Part shown: one piece after another, positions 11,552 through 25,917 of the stretch
Layout: each line of letters begins with the position of its first letter
Numbering within the stretch: the stretch's first letter is position 1
Source of the DNA: Octopus vulgaris
Lineage: Eukaryota
Direction of reading: 5' to 3'
Length of the DNA: 64,000 nt
Assembly: GCA_951406725.2 (NCBI GenBank)
Contig: OX597837.1
Location: 12,772,001 to 12,836,000 of the forward strand
Position numbers and translations under genes: made by a program
Notes under the pieces: model-generated
What the model saw: only the letters and a program-made list of their open reading frames with translations
Databases searched by the model: none
Told to the model about the DNA's origin: nothing

Positions 11552-12806
11552 GCACACACATGTATATATTATGAATATGTGTGTGCGAGTGTCTGTGTAT
11601 TTGTACATACGTATGTATGCATGTGTATACATACAGACACATGCATAACAACGCTGTCACACACACACATATATGTATATGTTAGGAAAATATATATGCG
11701 AGTATATAGGTATGTATATAGGAATAACTGAAGACAGAAATAGAAATGCTGATGATCACAAGTCAGTACAGAATGCGGCAAAGAAAATGAACGGAAATTG
11801 TAATGTGATATTCTTATCTTGACAGCTGTTTCGGGTGAAGTACGGCTTATGCCGTAACAATGCTCATAAATAATAAGGACCTATGCTGTAGGGGTATGAA
11901 ATACCATCAGTTCCTATGAATCTGTTGGGCAAATCCAGGTCACCTTTGTCCGAAGAATTAAAAGCAAAACGTGTAATTTATAGCAGTGTTTATATATATA
12001 AAGTTTTGGAAAAGATAGAGAGGGCGAGATAAGGAAAATCAAGAGAGAGGTGGAGGTAACTGAAAGAGAATGACTATTATGAAGGCATCAGGAAAGGGCG
12101 AGATTAAGTATATGATAAGGGTGGGAGAGAGCAGGATGGTCTGTCAAAGGGTAGACAACGGCAAGGAAACAGAAGTGAGTGTCAGTAGTCAGATAAGTAG
12201 ATTGCGGGGTGGGGGGAATATACAAATATGGCTATCGTAGAAGGATTCAGATAAGAAGAGTAGGAGGAGGAAATAAGGTATGGGTAAGAAGAAGGAGGAA
12301 AGGGCGAATTAGGGGACAATGATAATCTGTAAAAACGATGGGTTTTCACTCGAATTAGAGATAAGTTTCAAGTAGAAAGAATTTATTAGAATGTCTCCAA
12401 AAAGCGGTCCGGAATTCCACAGACATCGACAGGCTCCGAAAGGCATGATTAGGATGGTAAAAGGGTATCACTAGAGTTCAAGGAACTTAAAAGATAAAGT
12501 TTATGGTACAAAATCGGTAACAATGGATAAATTGAGAGTAGCCATGACTCGAGAATGCGCGCAAATACCGACCGAAAGGTTTCTTGAAGTTTCCGACTCC
12601 GCTGGTTCCCGTTATCAGCAGAGTCCGGATCAGAACGGTCAACCGTTCGAAAACAGACGTTCATGAAATAATTAAGTTCTGTCTGTAGATTCTATAAAAT
12701 TTTGAACATAAAATGTATTTTTTAATAGACAATGGTTATATAATTAAATGATATTTGTATACATTTTCTTAAACATCCTATATATGTATATGTATATGGG
12801 TATATG

Positions 12807-12879
<73 letters not shown>

Positions 12880-12889
12880 ATGTGTGCTC

Positions 12890-13395
12890 TTCAGTTAACA
12901 TAATGCCTTATCTAATAGATGTATATTTATCAACTGGGACAAATGGAAGTAATGTGTAACAGACGACAGCTGGTCAAGTATTATGTTATATATAAATGAT
13001 TCTTTTAACGTGTTCACACATTCAGGCACTGATTTCCGTGTCAATATAAGCGACTTTAATATTAAAAGACCATTCCTTACTGTCTTATGAGATCATATAT
13101 TACTTGATGCCGTAGGTCTATTAGAAGCGCTAAATATAATTGGAGACAGCGTTGTCATAGGTGGAATGAAGACTTGGAATTTCAGGAATTACTGAGCGTT
13201 AACAATTAAATCGTGTGTCATTCTGTTACTGGAGGATTACATGACATCAAGGCATTCGTAGGAAGGTAATAGATACCGAATGAAGGAGAGAATTTGTTCA
13301 GATTCTGTTGTAGCTTGAGTTGACAATGATCACGAGCGCCATTGTATACGAAGGGCCAGGAGAGACGTGAGAAAGAGGACAAAGAAACGGTAAGT
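12890..13395 (+). promoter_or_regulatory. Conserved upstream block and non-coding exon 1 of copy 3 (donor AACG|GTAAGT, GT at 13390)
   Basis: Near-identical to 19940-20472; homologous to 6340-6862 and 1-49. Confidence 0.6.
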
Positions 13396-13616
13396 AAAGA
13401 GAAGCACAAACACACACACACACACACACACATACATACGTGTTGTCCTCTTTAACGATTATATATCCCCTATATCGGAAACCTGCAATGGCTCCATAAC
13501 TACAGTCCTGGCGATAACGATGGAGCCCCAGTAATCCGCTACAGCACTTCCCTTGCGTACCTAGTCGTTTAGATTACCTGTGAACTAAACCCCCATATTT
13601 TGCGTGTGTGTGTATG

Positions 13617-13676
<60 letters not shown>

Positions 13677-14262
13677 GTATACATATATATATATACATAT
13701 ACATATATATATGTGTGTGTGTATATGTATATATATATATATATATATATACATACATACATACACACACACACACCGATTATGTCGATTATACATTGAT
13801 GTAAGAATAGTTTGTTGTATAAAGCTTGAAACACGTGTACCGCGACATCCTTTGTGTTCTGTTTTTTATTTCATTTGATGCATATACCCTCTCACCTCTG
13901 CTACTAGCTAGCATATACAGGTGCTTACACTTATCAAGTATTCACCCTGAATTTATGTATGTATATATGTATGTATGTATGTACATAACCCAATAAGGTT
14001 CGAAAATCGATTAAGATTGTTCATCATTTTTCTCAGTCTGCGAAGAAATGGCTAGAATTTACCCTGTTCATAATTATACCATATCTTGCATATATATTAT
14101 ATCATACTTTGATAATGTCTGGACTAAGACCCCCGTTGACAAGCCGCTGGTAGTCATAGAGTGTCAATTAGAAATTCCTTCATAGAGTAACTGCTGCATT
14201 TGTTGAGTATATAAACAGTTTGGCCGTTTGTTTCGCTGAAGATCGTCAAAGTGATGTGGACA

Positions 14263-14303
14263 CCTCTGATGAGAAACCAATGAGTTTCGAAAACCGATTG
14301 AGG
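14263..14303 (+). ncRNA. Minimal hammerhead-like motif
   Basis: cct-CTGATGA-GAAAC-caatga-GTTTC-GAAA-accgattg-agg; a partial tandem copy at about 13995-14100 has palindromic AATCGATT. Confidence 0.55.
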
Positions 14304-14376
14304 CTGCTCATCAATTTTTCCAGTCTGAGGAGAAATAGCTAAAAGTTGTCCTGTTTATAAATATACCATAAGTTAC

Positions 14377-14463
<87 letters not shown>

Positions 14464-14554
14464 ATAATAAATATTAGGGAATAAATCCAAATTTACAGGG
14501 AAAAATCAGATTTAGGATTGAATCCAATTTTATAGTAAAATATTATATAATATT

Positions 14555-14728
14555 AATTAGAGACAAAACCACTATTTTGCAAATCAAACAAGGAAAGACT
14601 TAATCAATACATAAAAAAATTTTAATATAAAGTAAATAAATAAATAAATATTTACTTTATATTAAAATTTGTTTATGTATTGATTAAGTCTTTCCTTGTT
14701 TGATTTGCAAAATAGTGGTTTTTTCTAA

Positions 14729-14730
<2 letters not shown>
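14555..14730. repeat. Near-perfect inverted repeat (about 85-bp arms) made from the terminus of the Penelope-like element at 27647
   Basis: aattagagacaaaaccactattttgcaaatcaaacaaggaaagacttaatcaatac ... gtattgattaagtctttccttgtttgatttgcaaaatagtggttttttctaatt. Confidence 0.85.
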
Positions 14731-14807
<77 letters not shown>

Positions 14808-14849
14808 CATACATACATACATACATACATACATACATACATACATACA

Positions 14850-14885
<36 letters not shown>

Positions 14886-14886
14886 T

Positions 14887-15082
14887 AGTTAAGTTAAGTT
14901 AATTTTTTGGCTCAAAAAGCAAAAAGCAAGGCCATGTAGGGGGACAGGGAATTATGTACAGGGAGGGTGTTCATGCAAAGAGTTCAGGCCATTTCTGGTC
15001 AAGAGAGACCTTGAATCGAGCGGTCGTCGGTATCTTCACTATCTCGTCCGGCAGCTTATTCCACGGATCCGCAACCCGGACG
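14887..15082 (-). mobile_element. CR1-like LINE 3' end fragment
   Basis: Minus strand encodes VRVADPWNKLPDEIVKIPTTARFKVSLD (CR1-type ORF2 C-terminus); (TAACT)n tail. Confidence 0.7.
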
Positions 15083-15100
15083 TATGTATGTATGAATATA

Positions 15101-15353
15101 TAAAGTTGGTGCATAACTACTGCGGCTTTTTTCAATAAATTTTATTCAACAAAAACAATAACAACATTTAACAAAACATCCTTAACTGATTATTCCGGAG
15201 CATATTCACCATCTACTTCAATTACTGCTTCCCATTTGCTTGGCAGCCGGATGGAATAATCATTTAAAGATGTTTTTGTTAAAATGTTGTTATTGTTTTT
15301 GTTGAATAAGATCTATTGTAAAAAAAAAAAAGCCGCAATAATTATGCACCAAC

Positions 15354-15357
<4 letters not shown>
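15101..15357. mobile_element. Mariner-derived MITE
   Basis: TIRs taaagttggtgcataactactgcggc / gccgcaataattatgcaccaacatta in TA context; minus strand encodes RLPSKWEAVIEVDGEYAPE* (mariner C-terminus). Confidence 0.75.
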
Positions 15358-15407
<50 letters not shown>

Positions 15408-15494
15408 CATACATATATACATACATACATATATATTTTCTCTATGTATATAAACATGCATATTATATATATTATATATATATATACACACACA

Positions 15495-15544
<50 letters not shown>

Positions 15545-15642
15545 ATATTAGGGAGTATATCCAAACTTACAAGGAAAAATTAGATTTAGGATTAAATCAA
15601 ATTTCCCAGTATAAATATAAATTAAATTTTATCTCTAATTGG

Positions 15643-15827
<185 letters not shown>

Positions 15828-16803
15828 TACAATTATCAGTAATGGAAAATATAATATTGCACTCAATGATTTTGTATTGATTTCTTACATTTCAGTGAAT
15901 GCACGACAATCGATTAATTCTTGCCTGAACCAACAACATAAAGAGACGTCAAGAAATGCTCAAAGATCTTCATTTCTCAACTTCATCAATTCTGACCGCC
16001 GACATTTTTCTCTGAACTATTTTTTCCTAAAGCTGGACTTACAGATTTTGCCACGTTTTGAATGCAAGGATTGAATTATACAGAATGACCGGAACTTGAA
16101 AATATATAATAAATGCCAGCGCACAGGCGTACTGAACTAATACAAAAGATAACTAAACCAAGAATTCAAACTGTATCGCAAACACAGCGTTTTTCTTGTT
16201 GATTAACATTCAATGTCGCAGCTATACTGGGCTTTTACAAAAATATGTTATATAAATAAAAGAACCAAGCGGAAATGAATACATACTTTATACTTACCGA
16301 CCGGTTACGACGTAACTTCCAACATTGTCTTATGCCTGTCTGAGGTCCCATACTTACAGTAGATACAGAAAGAATTAGAAGTAGTGTTGTTGATTCCTGG
16401 CCTAAACATTATAAAAGAATCCCTGAACCTGTTTTCTCTGTAATTCATTGTCACAACTCTGCATCTTCACTGTAACATTATTTCTTGATTGTGTTCTTGG
16501 CCAGACGTGACGTTTTCTATTTCTAACGTAAAGAGAACGAAATGATTAACCTAATTATTATAACTGACGATTCTCGATACTTACCTTGATAGTGATTGAT
16601 TAATGACTTTCGGATTTATCGATAATAAATTACCCATCCACAAGTTTACCAAATAAAAGAATTCAGTTGTTAAAAGGGGACTACCGTTGCCCCCGTGTGT
16701 TTATTTTGATATTTTGGACTTACAATGCACACGGATTAATACACTTTCAGACATTAAACATCAAGCAAGACTTTATGAAAAAAGAGTAAAAAGAAACGCA
16801 ATA

Positions 16804-18279
16804 ATGTCGAAATTTACCGAGGAAATTAAGCGTTATTATTCGTGTCGATGGAGATTATGCTATGCTTGTGGTGTGGCTTTTCTTCTGCTTCAGACTTTAA
16901 GAGTTGATCTAAGTATGGCTTTTGTATGCATGTTGAAAACACCCAATCGTACAACTGAGGAAGTTAACAATTCTACAAACGACCAGCTTTGTTCTGGTTT
17001 GGAAAATCCTTCAACGAACCAAACTTTCGAAGGAGAAATCGAATGGAGCGACACACTTCAATCTAACATGTTGGCTGGGTATTTTTATGGGTATATGGTG
17101 ACTAATATTTTGGGTGGATTTTTGGCAGACAAATATGGTGGGAAAAGAGTTCTAGGAGGTTCACTACTTTCGGCATCCATCCTGACCATTCTTCATCCAA
17201 GTTTATCTCGAATTAGTGGTTATTTTACTCTTATTCTAAGGATATTAACTGGCGTCGTATCGGGGCCAATGTCCTCAGCAATTCAGTCCTTATTTGGACG
17301 CTGGGGACCACCCCAAGAGAAAGGATTATTAATAGGGTTTGCATTTGCTGGTCAAATTCTAGGTAGCATTGTAGGTCTTTCAATATCTGGTTTTCTTTGT
17401 GATTATGGCTTCGATAATGGATGGGGTTCTATATTCTATGTATTTGGTGGATTATCGTTGGTGTTTAGTTGTGTGTGTTTTTATGTTGTTCACGATAATC
17501 CAAACGGTCATCCCACAATCAGCGAAGAAGAACTTTCTTATTTAAACAAAAGTATAAAATGTCGAAATGTAGTTAAGAAAGTACCATGGAAACAGTTGGT
17601 GTTATCACCTGCTGTCTGGGCAATCAACTTTGGTTTGTTTTCCTATGCCTGGACAAGTATATCTTTCCAGGTATTGCTCCCTCTATATATGAAAGAAGCC
17701 TTAAATGTTAAAACAACATCCAACGGTTTAATGTCGTCTGCCCCTGCCATTGGACAAGTCATTGCTCTACCGTTGTGTGGAAGATTTGCAGATTTTATAC
17801 GTTCAAAGAAATATCTCTCAACTCGTGCTGTGCGTATTTTATTCCAGACTTTTTCTATGGTAGCATCAGCAGGTCTGCTGGTTGTGATAGGATTCCTCAG
17901 ATGTGATCAAACCATTGTAATAAGTATCCTCTTGTTTCTCAGTGGTATAACAATATCCTTTTGCAGTGGCGGTGCCCTCGTCAGTAACACTGACATTGCT
18001 CCAAGTTACGCTGGTGTTGTATTTGGAATTTCTGGAACCTTTGCCTCAATAGCAGGCAGCCTTGGTTCCGTGACTGCAAAAGCTCTCACCCCAAACGGTA
18101 CACAAGAAGAATGGCAGATCGTGTTTGCCTTATGCGCTGCTATATGTGTATCTGGTGCGATATTATTTGCAATACTGGTAAGAACAGAGATCCAAGACTG
18201 GGCGAATTTGGAAGGATCTGGTTCATCTGTTTATCCCAAATATACAAAGGGAAGTAAAGTACTGAAAGTAGATTTCTGA
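16804..18279 (+). CDS. Sialin-like SLC17 family MFS transporter, copy 3 (491 aa, intronless CDS)
   Basis: Same SLC17 motifs as copy 1; ATG 16804 aligned to paralogs. Confidence 0.93.
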   Translation: MSKFTEEIKRYYSCRWRLCYACGVAFLLLQTLRVDLSMAFVCMLKTPNRTTEEVNNSTNDQLCSGLENPSTNQTFEGEIEWSDTLQSNMLAGYFYGYMVTNILGGFLADKYGGKRVLGGSLLSASILTILHPSLSRISGYFTLILRILTGVVSGPMSSAIQSLFGRWGPPQEKGLLIGFAFAGQILGSIVGLSISGFLCDYGFDNGWGSIFYVFGGLSLVFSCVCFYVVHDNPNGHPTISEEELSYLNKSIKCRNVVKKVPWKQLVLSPAVWAINFGLFSYAWTSISFQVLLPLYMKEALNVKTTSNGLMSSAPAIGQVIALPLCGRFADFIRSKKYLSTRAVRILFQTFSMVASAGLLVVIGFLRCDQTIVISILLFLSGITISFCSGGALVSNTDIAPSYAGVVFGISGTFASIAGSLGSVTAKALTPNGTQEEWQIVFALCAAICVSGAILFAILVRTEIQDWANLEGSGSSVYPKYTKGSKVLKVDF

Positions 18280-18353
18280 TTTTTTCCGCCAGATGGCGTA
18301 TGATATTAATACTATCATTTAGTACTACATAGGTGCGTTTAATTTTTTTCTCT

Positions 18354-18396
<43 letters not shown>

Positions 18397-18906
18397 GTAT
18401 ATGTCTTTATAAGTATATATAAAGCAATATATGTATGTGTATGTGTGTATATATATATATACAAACATATATATATATATATATAAGTCAAACACACCTA
18501 CACACATACATATATATATTATGAATATATAAGTGTTTATATATGTATGTGTGTGTGAGTATGTGTGCAGGTAAATATAGAACTAAAAACTTAGATAGCC
18601 ACAAGTAGGCTCAATGTGTATATTTGCATGGAACGTAAAATACACAGTATGCACCAAAATGAACGAAATTAGTAATGTAATAATCTTATCTTGACAGCTG
18701 TTTCGAGGGAAGAACAGCTTATGCCGTAACAACGTTCATAGATAATAAGGACCCATGATGTAGGTGTATGAAATATTATTGGTTCTTATAGATTCGTTGA
18801 AGGAATTCAGGTCACGCTGTGTTTATATATATATAAAGTTAGTTCTAACATTATTCCGAGGACGTCTATACCACGCTTGCTTTCCGTTGCTCAAGATACT
18901 GTGTGT

Positions 18907-18953
<47 letters not shown>

Positions 18954-19567
18954 GAAGATAATAAAAAAGAGATAATTGATAAATAATTATTTATTAATTA
19001 AAAAATTAGACATCTCTGACAGCTGTTTCGATTCCAGAACCTTAGAAATTAATTACCAAAATTAAAACCATTTAAAAGTCAAATCTCATCAGAATTAGCT
19101 AAAGATATACAATTATGTGTTCAATTCCTGTATGTTGAATATACGGCTCCAAACCGTTGACTGAAAACGATTATCTACCATACCAAGCATTCAAAAGTAC
19201 TTTGAAGATGTTGAGTTTTATTTTGAGCAAGAGGGCCTCTTCGACACAACACTAGTAATATAAGAAACAAATTTAATAAGATTTTGCCGAACGGGTGAAT
19301 TAGACAACTTCAGTAGAATACCTTCCACGCTCAATGGACCTCACAGCGCGGTAATCTTTGACGGGGGTATTAAAAAGATGAGATTTATGGCTCAAAACCG
19401 GCTGTAGTGGATAACTGGATGAACTGAGAGGCAGTCATGACACGAGAATGCGCACAATTGCCGAACGAAAGGTTTCTTGGTGTTTGCGACTTCATTGGTT
19501 TCCGTTATCAATGTATTTTAATAAAGCAGATTATATACTCATTCATGTGTACACATGTTTTAGATAA

Positions 19568-19615
<48 letters not shown>

Positions 19616-19689
19616 AAATGTGACCTCGTGAGTACCGCCGGCGATTTTTTACCTCTGTCTTCCCTTCTCTGGATCTTTCCTTCTCCTAT

Positions 19690-19724
19690 GTTTCCGACGA
19701 AGAGCTCCGCTCGAAACGTTAAAC
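19690..19724 (+). ncRNA. Minimal hammerhead-like motif in a Penelope-type 3' end fragment (19620-19825)
   Basis: gttt-CCGACGA-A-GAGCtccGCTC-GAAA-CGTT-aaac; inverted sister copy at 54647-54681. Confidence 0.55.
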
Positions 19725-19823
19725 CCTCCTTCTTCCCTTCTTTCCTGAGCGTCCAATAATACTATATTTGTTCCACGTCCTCGCGTTGTTGTGTTTTTTT
19801 TGTGCTTTCATGTTTGGATTAAC

Positions 19824-19875
<52 letters not shown>

Positions 19876-19939
19876 TACGTATATGTATGTATGTATATAT
19901 GTATGTATGTATATGCGTTTGTATGCGTATATGCTATTC

Positions 19940-20472
19940 AGTTAACATAATGCCTTATCTAATTAGGTGTAATTATCAACTAGGACAAATGAAGATATCG
20001 TGTAACAGACGACAGCTGGCCTAGTATTATGTAATATATAAATGATTCTTTTAACGTATTCACACATTCAGACACACTGACATTGTGGATATTTTGTAAT
20101 TTCCATGTCAATATAAGCGACTTTAATATTAAAAGACCATTCCTTACTGTCTTATGAAATCATGTATTACTTGATGCTGTAGGTCTATTAGATGCGCTAA
20201 ATATAATTGGAGACAGCGTTGTCATGGGTGGAATGAAGTCTACCATAGACTTGGAATTTCAGGAATTACTGAGCGTTAACAATTAAATCGTGTGTCGTTC
20301 TGTTACTGGAGGATTACATGACATCAAGGCATTCGTAGGAAGGTAATAGATACCGAATGAAGGAGAGAATTTGTTCAGAGTCTGTTGTAGCTTGAGTTGA
20401 CAATGATCACGAGCGCCATTGTATACGAAGGGCCAGGAGAGACGTGAGAAAGATGACAAAGAAACGGTAAGT
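19940..20472 (+). promoter_or_regulatory. Conserved upstream block and non-coding exon 1 of copy 4 (donor AACG|GTAAGT, GT at 20467)
   Basis: Near-identical to 12890-13395. Confidence 0.6.
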
Positions 20473-20963
20473 AAAGAGAAGCACAAACACATACATATAC
20501 ATATATATTCATGCAGATACAAACATACTCATACTCACACACTCACACACACACACATACATTATTTTGGTTGAGGCCATCTCCTCTTACTCTGTGGCCA
20601 CTCAACCTATCTGAAGATCTTGTGCACCTACAGGTGAAACTCGGAGTAGCAAAAGACTGACTCGACCAATATAAAATATCATTAATTTTTACCATTCTTT
20701 TGATTAATTAACCCTAAACGAATATGTGTGTGTGTGCGTGTGCATATAGGTGTGTATGAGTCAGTGAGTGCGTGTGCACGTGCGTGTATATATGTATGTA
20801 TGTATATATATATATGTGTGTGTGTGTGTGTGCATATAGGTGTGTATGAGTCAGTGAGTGCGTGTGCACGTGCGTGTATATATGTATGTATGTATATATA
20901 TATGTGTGTGTGTGTGTGTGTGATAAAATTATTTTAGCATTTTCTACCTTGTCTTATTTACCG

Positions 20964-21069
<106 letters not shown>

Positions 21070-21385
21070 CATATATATTGATAAAAATAGTAAGACAACA
21101 AAAGAATGAAAGAGACCTCGGTATCATTTAAACAGAGGAATTTATCTGTAAAAGTAATATGTGATAATTATTCGGTAGCCTTGAAAAGATATGTACCAGT
21201 AGGGTCGAATAAATCTGTGCTTCCGGCCTATGTTTGGTAAGTATCAGATAGGACATTACGGATGTGTGCACAGAGAAAAACAACCAATCATAAACTCGTA
21301 ACGGCTGTTTCTTACGCATCATAAATAAAAGAACGAGAACAGCTGTCATGAGCTGACAATTATCCATCGTATGTTATTATACATT

Positions 21386-21459
<74 letters not shown>

Positions 21460-21464
<5 letters not shown>

Positions 21465-21529
21465 TTTGAGAGAATATTATTCCTAACTTACAGGGAAAAA
21501 TTCAATTTTGAAATACTAAATCAAATTTC

Positions 21530-21585
<56 letters not shown>

Positions 21586-21836
21586 AATTAGAAAAAAAAC
21601 ACCTTTTATCAATTCAAAATGAACAATTAAATTACACCATCAAAAAAATTACATATAATAGAAATATTAAAAGTAAAATAACAATAATATACCGGTGATT
21701 AAGTAAATTGCAAAATAATAATAAAAACGTATATTGTTATTTTATTTTTAATATTTCTATTATATGTAATTTTCTAGATGGTGTAATTTAATTGTTCATT
21801 TTGAATTGATAAAAGGTGTTTTTTTTCTAATTTCTA

Positions 21837-21916
<80 letters not shown>

Positions 21917-21938
21917 GTCTTGTATATATATATATAGT

Positions 21939-21969
<31 letters not shown>

Positions 21970-22003
21970 GTCTGTTTTTTCGTTGTTAAAAAAATTGTCC
22001 GTT

Positions 22004-22005
<2 letters not shown>
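21460..22005. repeat. About 550-bp block duplicated directly at 24052-24605; each copy contains a hairpin with about 105-bp arms
   Basis: Identical text at both loci; arms aattagaaaaaaaaccaccttttatcaattc... / ...gaattgataaaaggtg..tttttctaattt. Confidence 0.85.
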
Positions 22006-22099
<94 letters not shown>

Positions 22100-22101
<2 letters not shown>

Positions 22102-23722
22102 CAACAATTGAGGGTAAAATTAATTAATTATTAATCAATTTCACCAAGTGTTCAGTATGCAAAGGGACCATTTAAGGCGAATTCAAATTATTACATTATA
22201 TAAAAGGGCTTAGTAAAATAAATTACTTCGCCGCATACTGAACTCATTAGAAATAGCAGCTAAAAAACTTTTTTAAAGCTATTTCTAATACTTAAAGAAA
22301 ATCTCTCTCATATATAGTGTTTGCTTAATTCAACTCACAAAAGTTTGGGGGTAAGGACATTAAAAAATCAAATGCTAAGGTTATTTGAGTACGTACGTTT
22401 CAAGATTAGTCAAAACAACATTTCTATCTTCAGCTCAGAAATTCCTTGGTTTGGATTTGGAAACACTGAAAGTAAGAACATACCCTTTCGAAGATTCGCT
22501 CGTTACTAACAGTGCCAACAAACCCAAAATAAGCAAGTGAAGAATTTCTGTTCTCCCCTTTCCACCAGCGTGGGTTAAAATCATCAAACGCTATGCTTAT
22601 TTCGGTAAAATCCGAAGCATTAATTAGAGGGAGATTAATTATAATTTCAACAATTGAGGGTAAAATTAATTAATTATTAATCAATTTCACCAAGTGTTCA
22701 GTATGCAAAGGGACCATTTAAGGCGAATTCAAATTATTACATTATATAAAAGGGCTTAGTAAAATAAATTACTTCGCCGCATACTGAACTCATTAGAAAT
22801 AGCAGCTAAAAAACTTTTTTAAAGCTATTTCTAATACTTAAAGAAAATCTCTCTCATATATAGTGTTTGCTTAATTCAACTCACAAAAGTTTGGGGGTAA
22901 GGACATTCGAAAAATCAAATGCTAAGGTTATTTGAGTACGTACGTTTCAAGATTAGTCAAAACAACATTTCTATCTTCAGCTCAGAAATTCCTTGGTTTG
23001 GATTTGGAAACACTGAAAGTAAGAACATACCCTTTCGAAGATTCGCTCGTTACTAACAGTGCCAACAAACCCAAAATAAGCAAGTGAAGAATTTCTGTTC
23101 TCCCCTTTCCACCAGCGTGGGTTAAAATCATCAAACGCTATGCTTAGGCGAAGTAATTTATTTTACTAAGCCCTTTTATATAATGTAATAATTTGAATTC
23201 GCCTTAAATGGTCCCTTTGCATACTGAACACTTGGTGAAATTGATTAATAATTAATTAATTTTACCCTCAATTGTTGAAATTATAATTAATCTCCCTCTA
23301 ATTAATGCTTCGGATTTTACCGAAATAAGCATAGCGTTTGATGATTTTAACCCACGCTGGTGGAAAGGGGAGAACAGAAATTCTTCACTTGCTTATTTTG
23401 GGTTTGTTGGCACTGTTAGTAACGAGCGAATCTTCGAAAGGGTATGTTCTTACTTTCAGTGTTTCCAAATCCAAACCAAGGAATTTCTGAGCTGAAGATA
23501 GAAATGTTGTTTTGACTAATCTTGAAACGTACGTACTCAAATAACCTTAGCATTTGATTTTTTAATGTCCTTACCCCCAAACTTTTGTGAGTTGAATTAA
23601 GCAAACACTATATATGAGAGAGATTTTCTTTAAGTATTAGAAATAGCTTTAAAAAAGTTTTTTAGCTGCTATTTCTAATGAGTTCAGTATGCGGCGAAGT
23701 AATTTATTTTACTAAGCCCTTT

Positions 23723-23730
<8 letters not shown>
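22100..23730. repeat. 546-bp unit in tandem (22101, 22647) followed by an inverted copy (23147-23730); Penelope pseudo-LTR-like arrangement inside (TA)n
   Basis: Identical 62-aa ORF on + (22321) and - (23604); junction tgctta|ggcgaagt at 23146/23147. Confidence 0.85.
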
Positions 23731-23786
<56 letters not shown>

Positions 23787-23954
23787 ATATATACGACGGG
23801 CTTCTTTCAGTTTCCGTCTTCCAAATCCACTCACAAGGCTTTGGTCGGCCCGAAGCTATAGCAGAAGACACTTGCCCAAGGTGCCACGCAGTGGGACTGA
23901 ACCCAAAACCATGTGGTTGGTATGCAAGCTACCTACCACACAGCCACTCCTGCG

Positions 23955-23958
<4 letters not shown>
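23787..23958 (-). mobile_element. SINE family B 5' portion
   Basis: Reverse complement of the 5668 head. Confidence 0.8.
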
Positions 23959-24046
<88 letters not shown>

Positions 24047-24126
24047 TTAATAATTATTTGAGGGAATATTATTCCTAACTTACAGGGAAAAATTCAATTT
24101 AGAAATACTAAATCAAATTTCGCAAA

Positions 24127-24175
<49 letters not shown>

Positions 24176-24424
24176 TAGAAAAAAAACACTTTTTATCAAT
24201 TCAAAATGAACAATTAAATTACACCATCAAAAAAATTACATATAATAGAAATATTAAAAGTAAAATAACAATAATATACCGGTGATTAAGTAAATTGCAA
24301 AATAATAATAAAAACGTATATTGTTATTTTATTTTTAATATTTCTATTATATGTAATTTTCTAGATGGTGTAATTTAATTGTTCATTTTGAATTGATAAA
24401 AGGTGGTTTTTTTCTAATTTCTAT

Positions 24425-24506
<82 letters not shown>

Positions 24507-24529
24507 GTCTTGTATATATATATATATAG

Positions 24530-24567
<38 letters not shown>

Positions 24568-24840
24568 GTCTGTTTTTTCGTTGTTAAAAAAATTGTCCGT
24601 TCCATGCTTGTTTTTACTTTTTCGTTTCTCGTTGAGTTCTACGTCTATTTGTGGTGTCCTGTACTCACGTATATATATTTATATATGCATGTATATATAT
24701 ACATGTAGATGTAGGTACGTACATATATGTTTGTATGTATGCATATATTTTATTTATTACACTATTGTATGACTGAGCGCCCTCGCGTCGATTCGATTCG
24801 ATTCGTTTCGTTTCGTTTCTTCTTCTTCTCTAAGCTGGTT

Positions 24841-24890
<50 letters not shown>

Positions 24891-25917
24891 CAATGTATAC
24901 AAATGCCTGCAGTATTGTTAATTTTATCAGAAATGAAAACTACAACGTTGGTTTTAAAGATTTATTGTTGATTAGTCGCATTTCAGTGAATGCACCACTT
25001 TCGCCTGATTCCTGTTTCAACAAAGAACTTTGAGAGACATAAAGAATTATTCAAAGAACTTTCTTTCTCAACTTCACCAATTCTGTCCACTGACATTTGT
25101 CACTCAACTGATATTTCCTAAACCTGGATCTTCAGTTTCTGCCACATTATAAATGTAAGAAACGGATTACTAAATGACTAAACCTGGACTAGAACTAGGA
25201 AGTATCCTGTAAACGCCTGCAGACAGGTAGACTGAGCTAATATAATATATAATTAAAGACTACAAACCGTATTACAAACACAACTTTCTGGAATTTTTAT
25301 GTCAAATTTTTCTATCAAATTTTTCTATCAAATTTATGCTGATCTTTCAGGTCGGTTTTCATATATCTTTCAGCAGTTTCTTTTATATGTAAGAAGCATC
25401 ATATATATAGAAAGAAAGAATTGGAAATCAATTACTGTTCTTGAATCTCTGTTCTCTATATCTTACTGTCACAACTCAGCACTTTCAAGGTAAACTTATT
25501 CTTTGATTGTACTCTTATCTTAACGTGATGTTCTCTATTTCTTAGTTAAAGTGAAACGGAAAAAAGTTACTAAAACAAACATAACTGATGTATATCGATT
25601 CTTGGTTTTACAGAGATTGAAAAAAGAAGTCCATGATTAGCGATAATAAGTTTTACCAATGTACTGAGAAACACAAATGTACCAAACACATCTTCCTCCT
25701 CATTTCGGGAGAACACATCTCATTCAATTAAATATTCACTTTGATAAGAAAACAAACATCTTTTATGGAAAGAAATTATGTTAAACAAATCAACGAAGCA
25801 AAGTTCTTAAACTGCCGCGATTGTCTTCCAGTCTAATATATTACTCACGGATTAATATACATTCAAACATTTAACTTCCAGAAAAACATTGTGGGAATCT
25901 GTGGACAGGACATAATA

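Noticed and set aside
22321-22509. Identical 62-aa ORF on both strands
   Set aside because: Consequence of the inverted repeat; TTG start, and frameshifted in the second tandem unit
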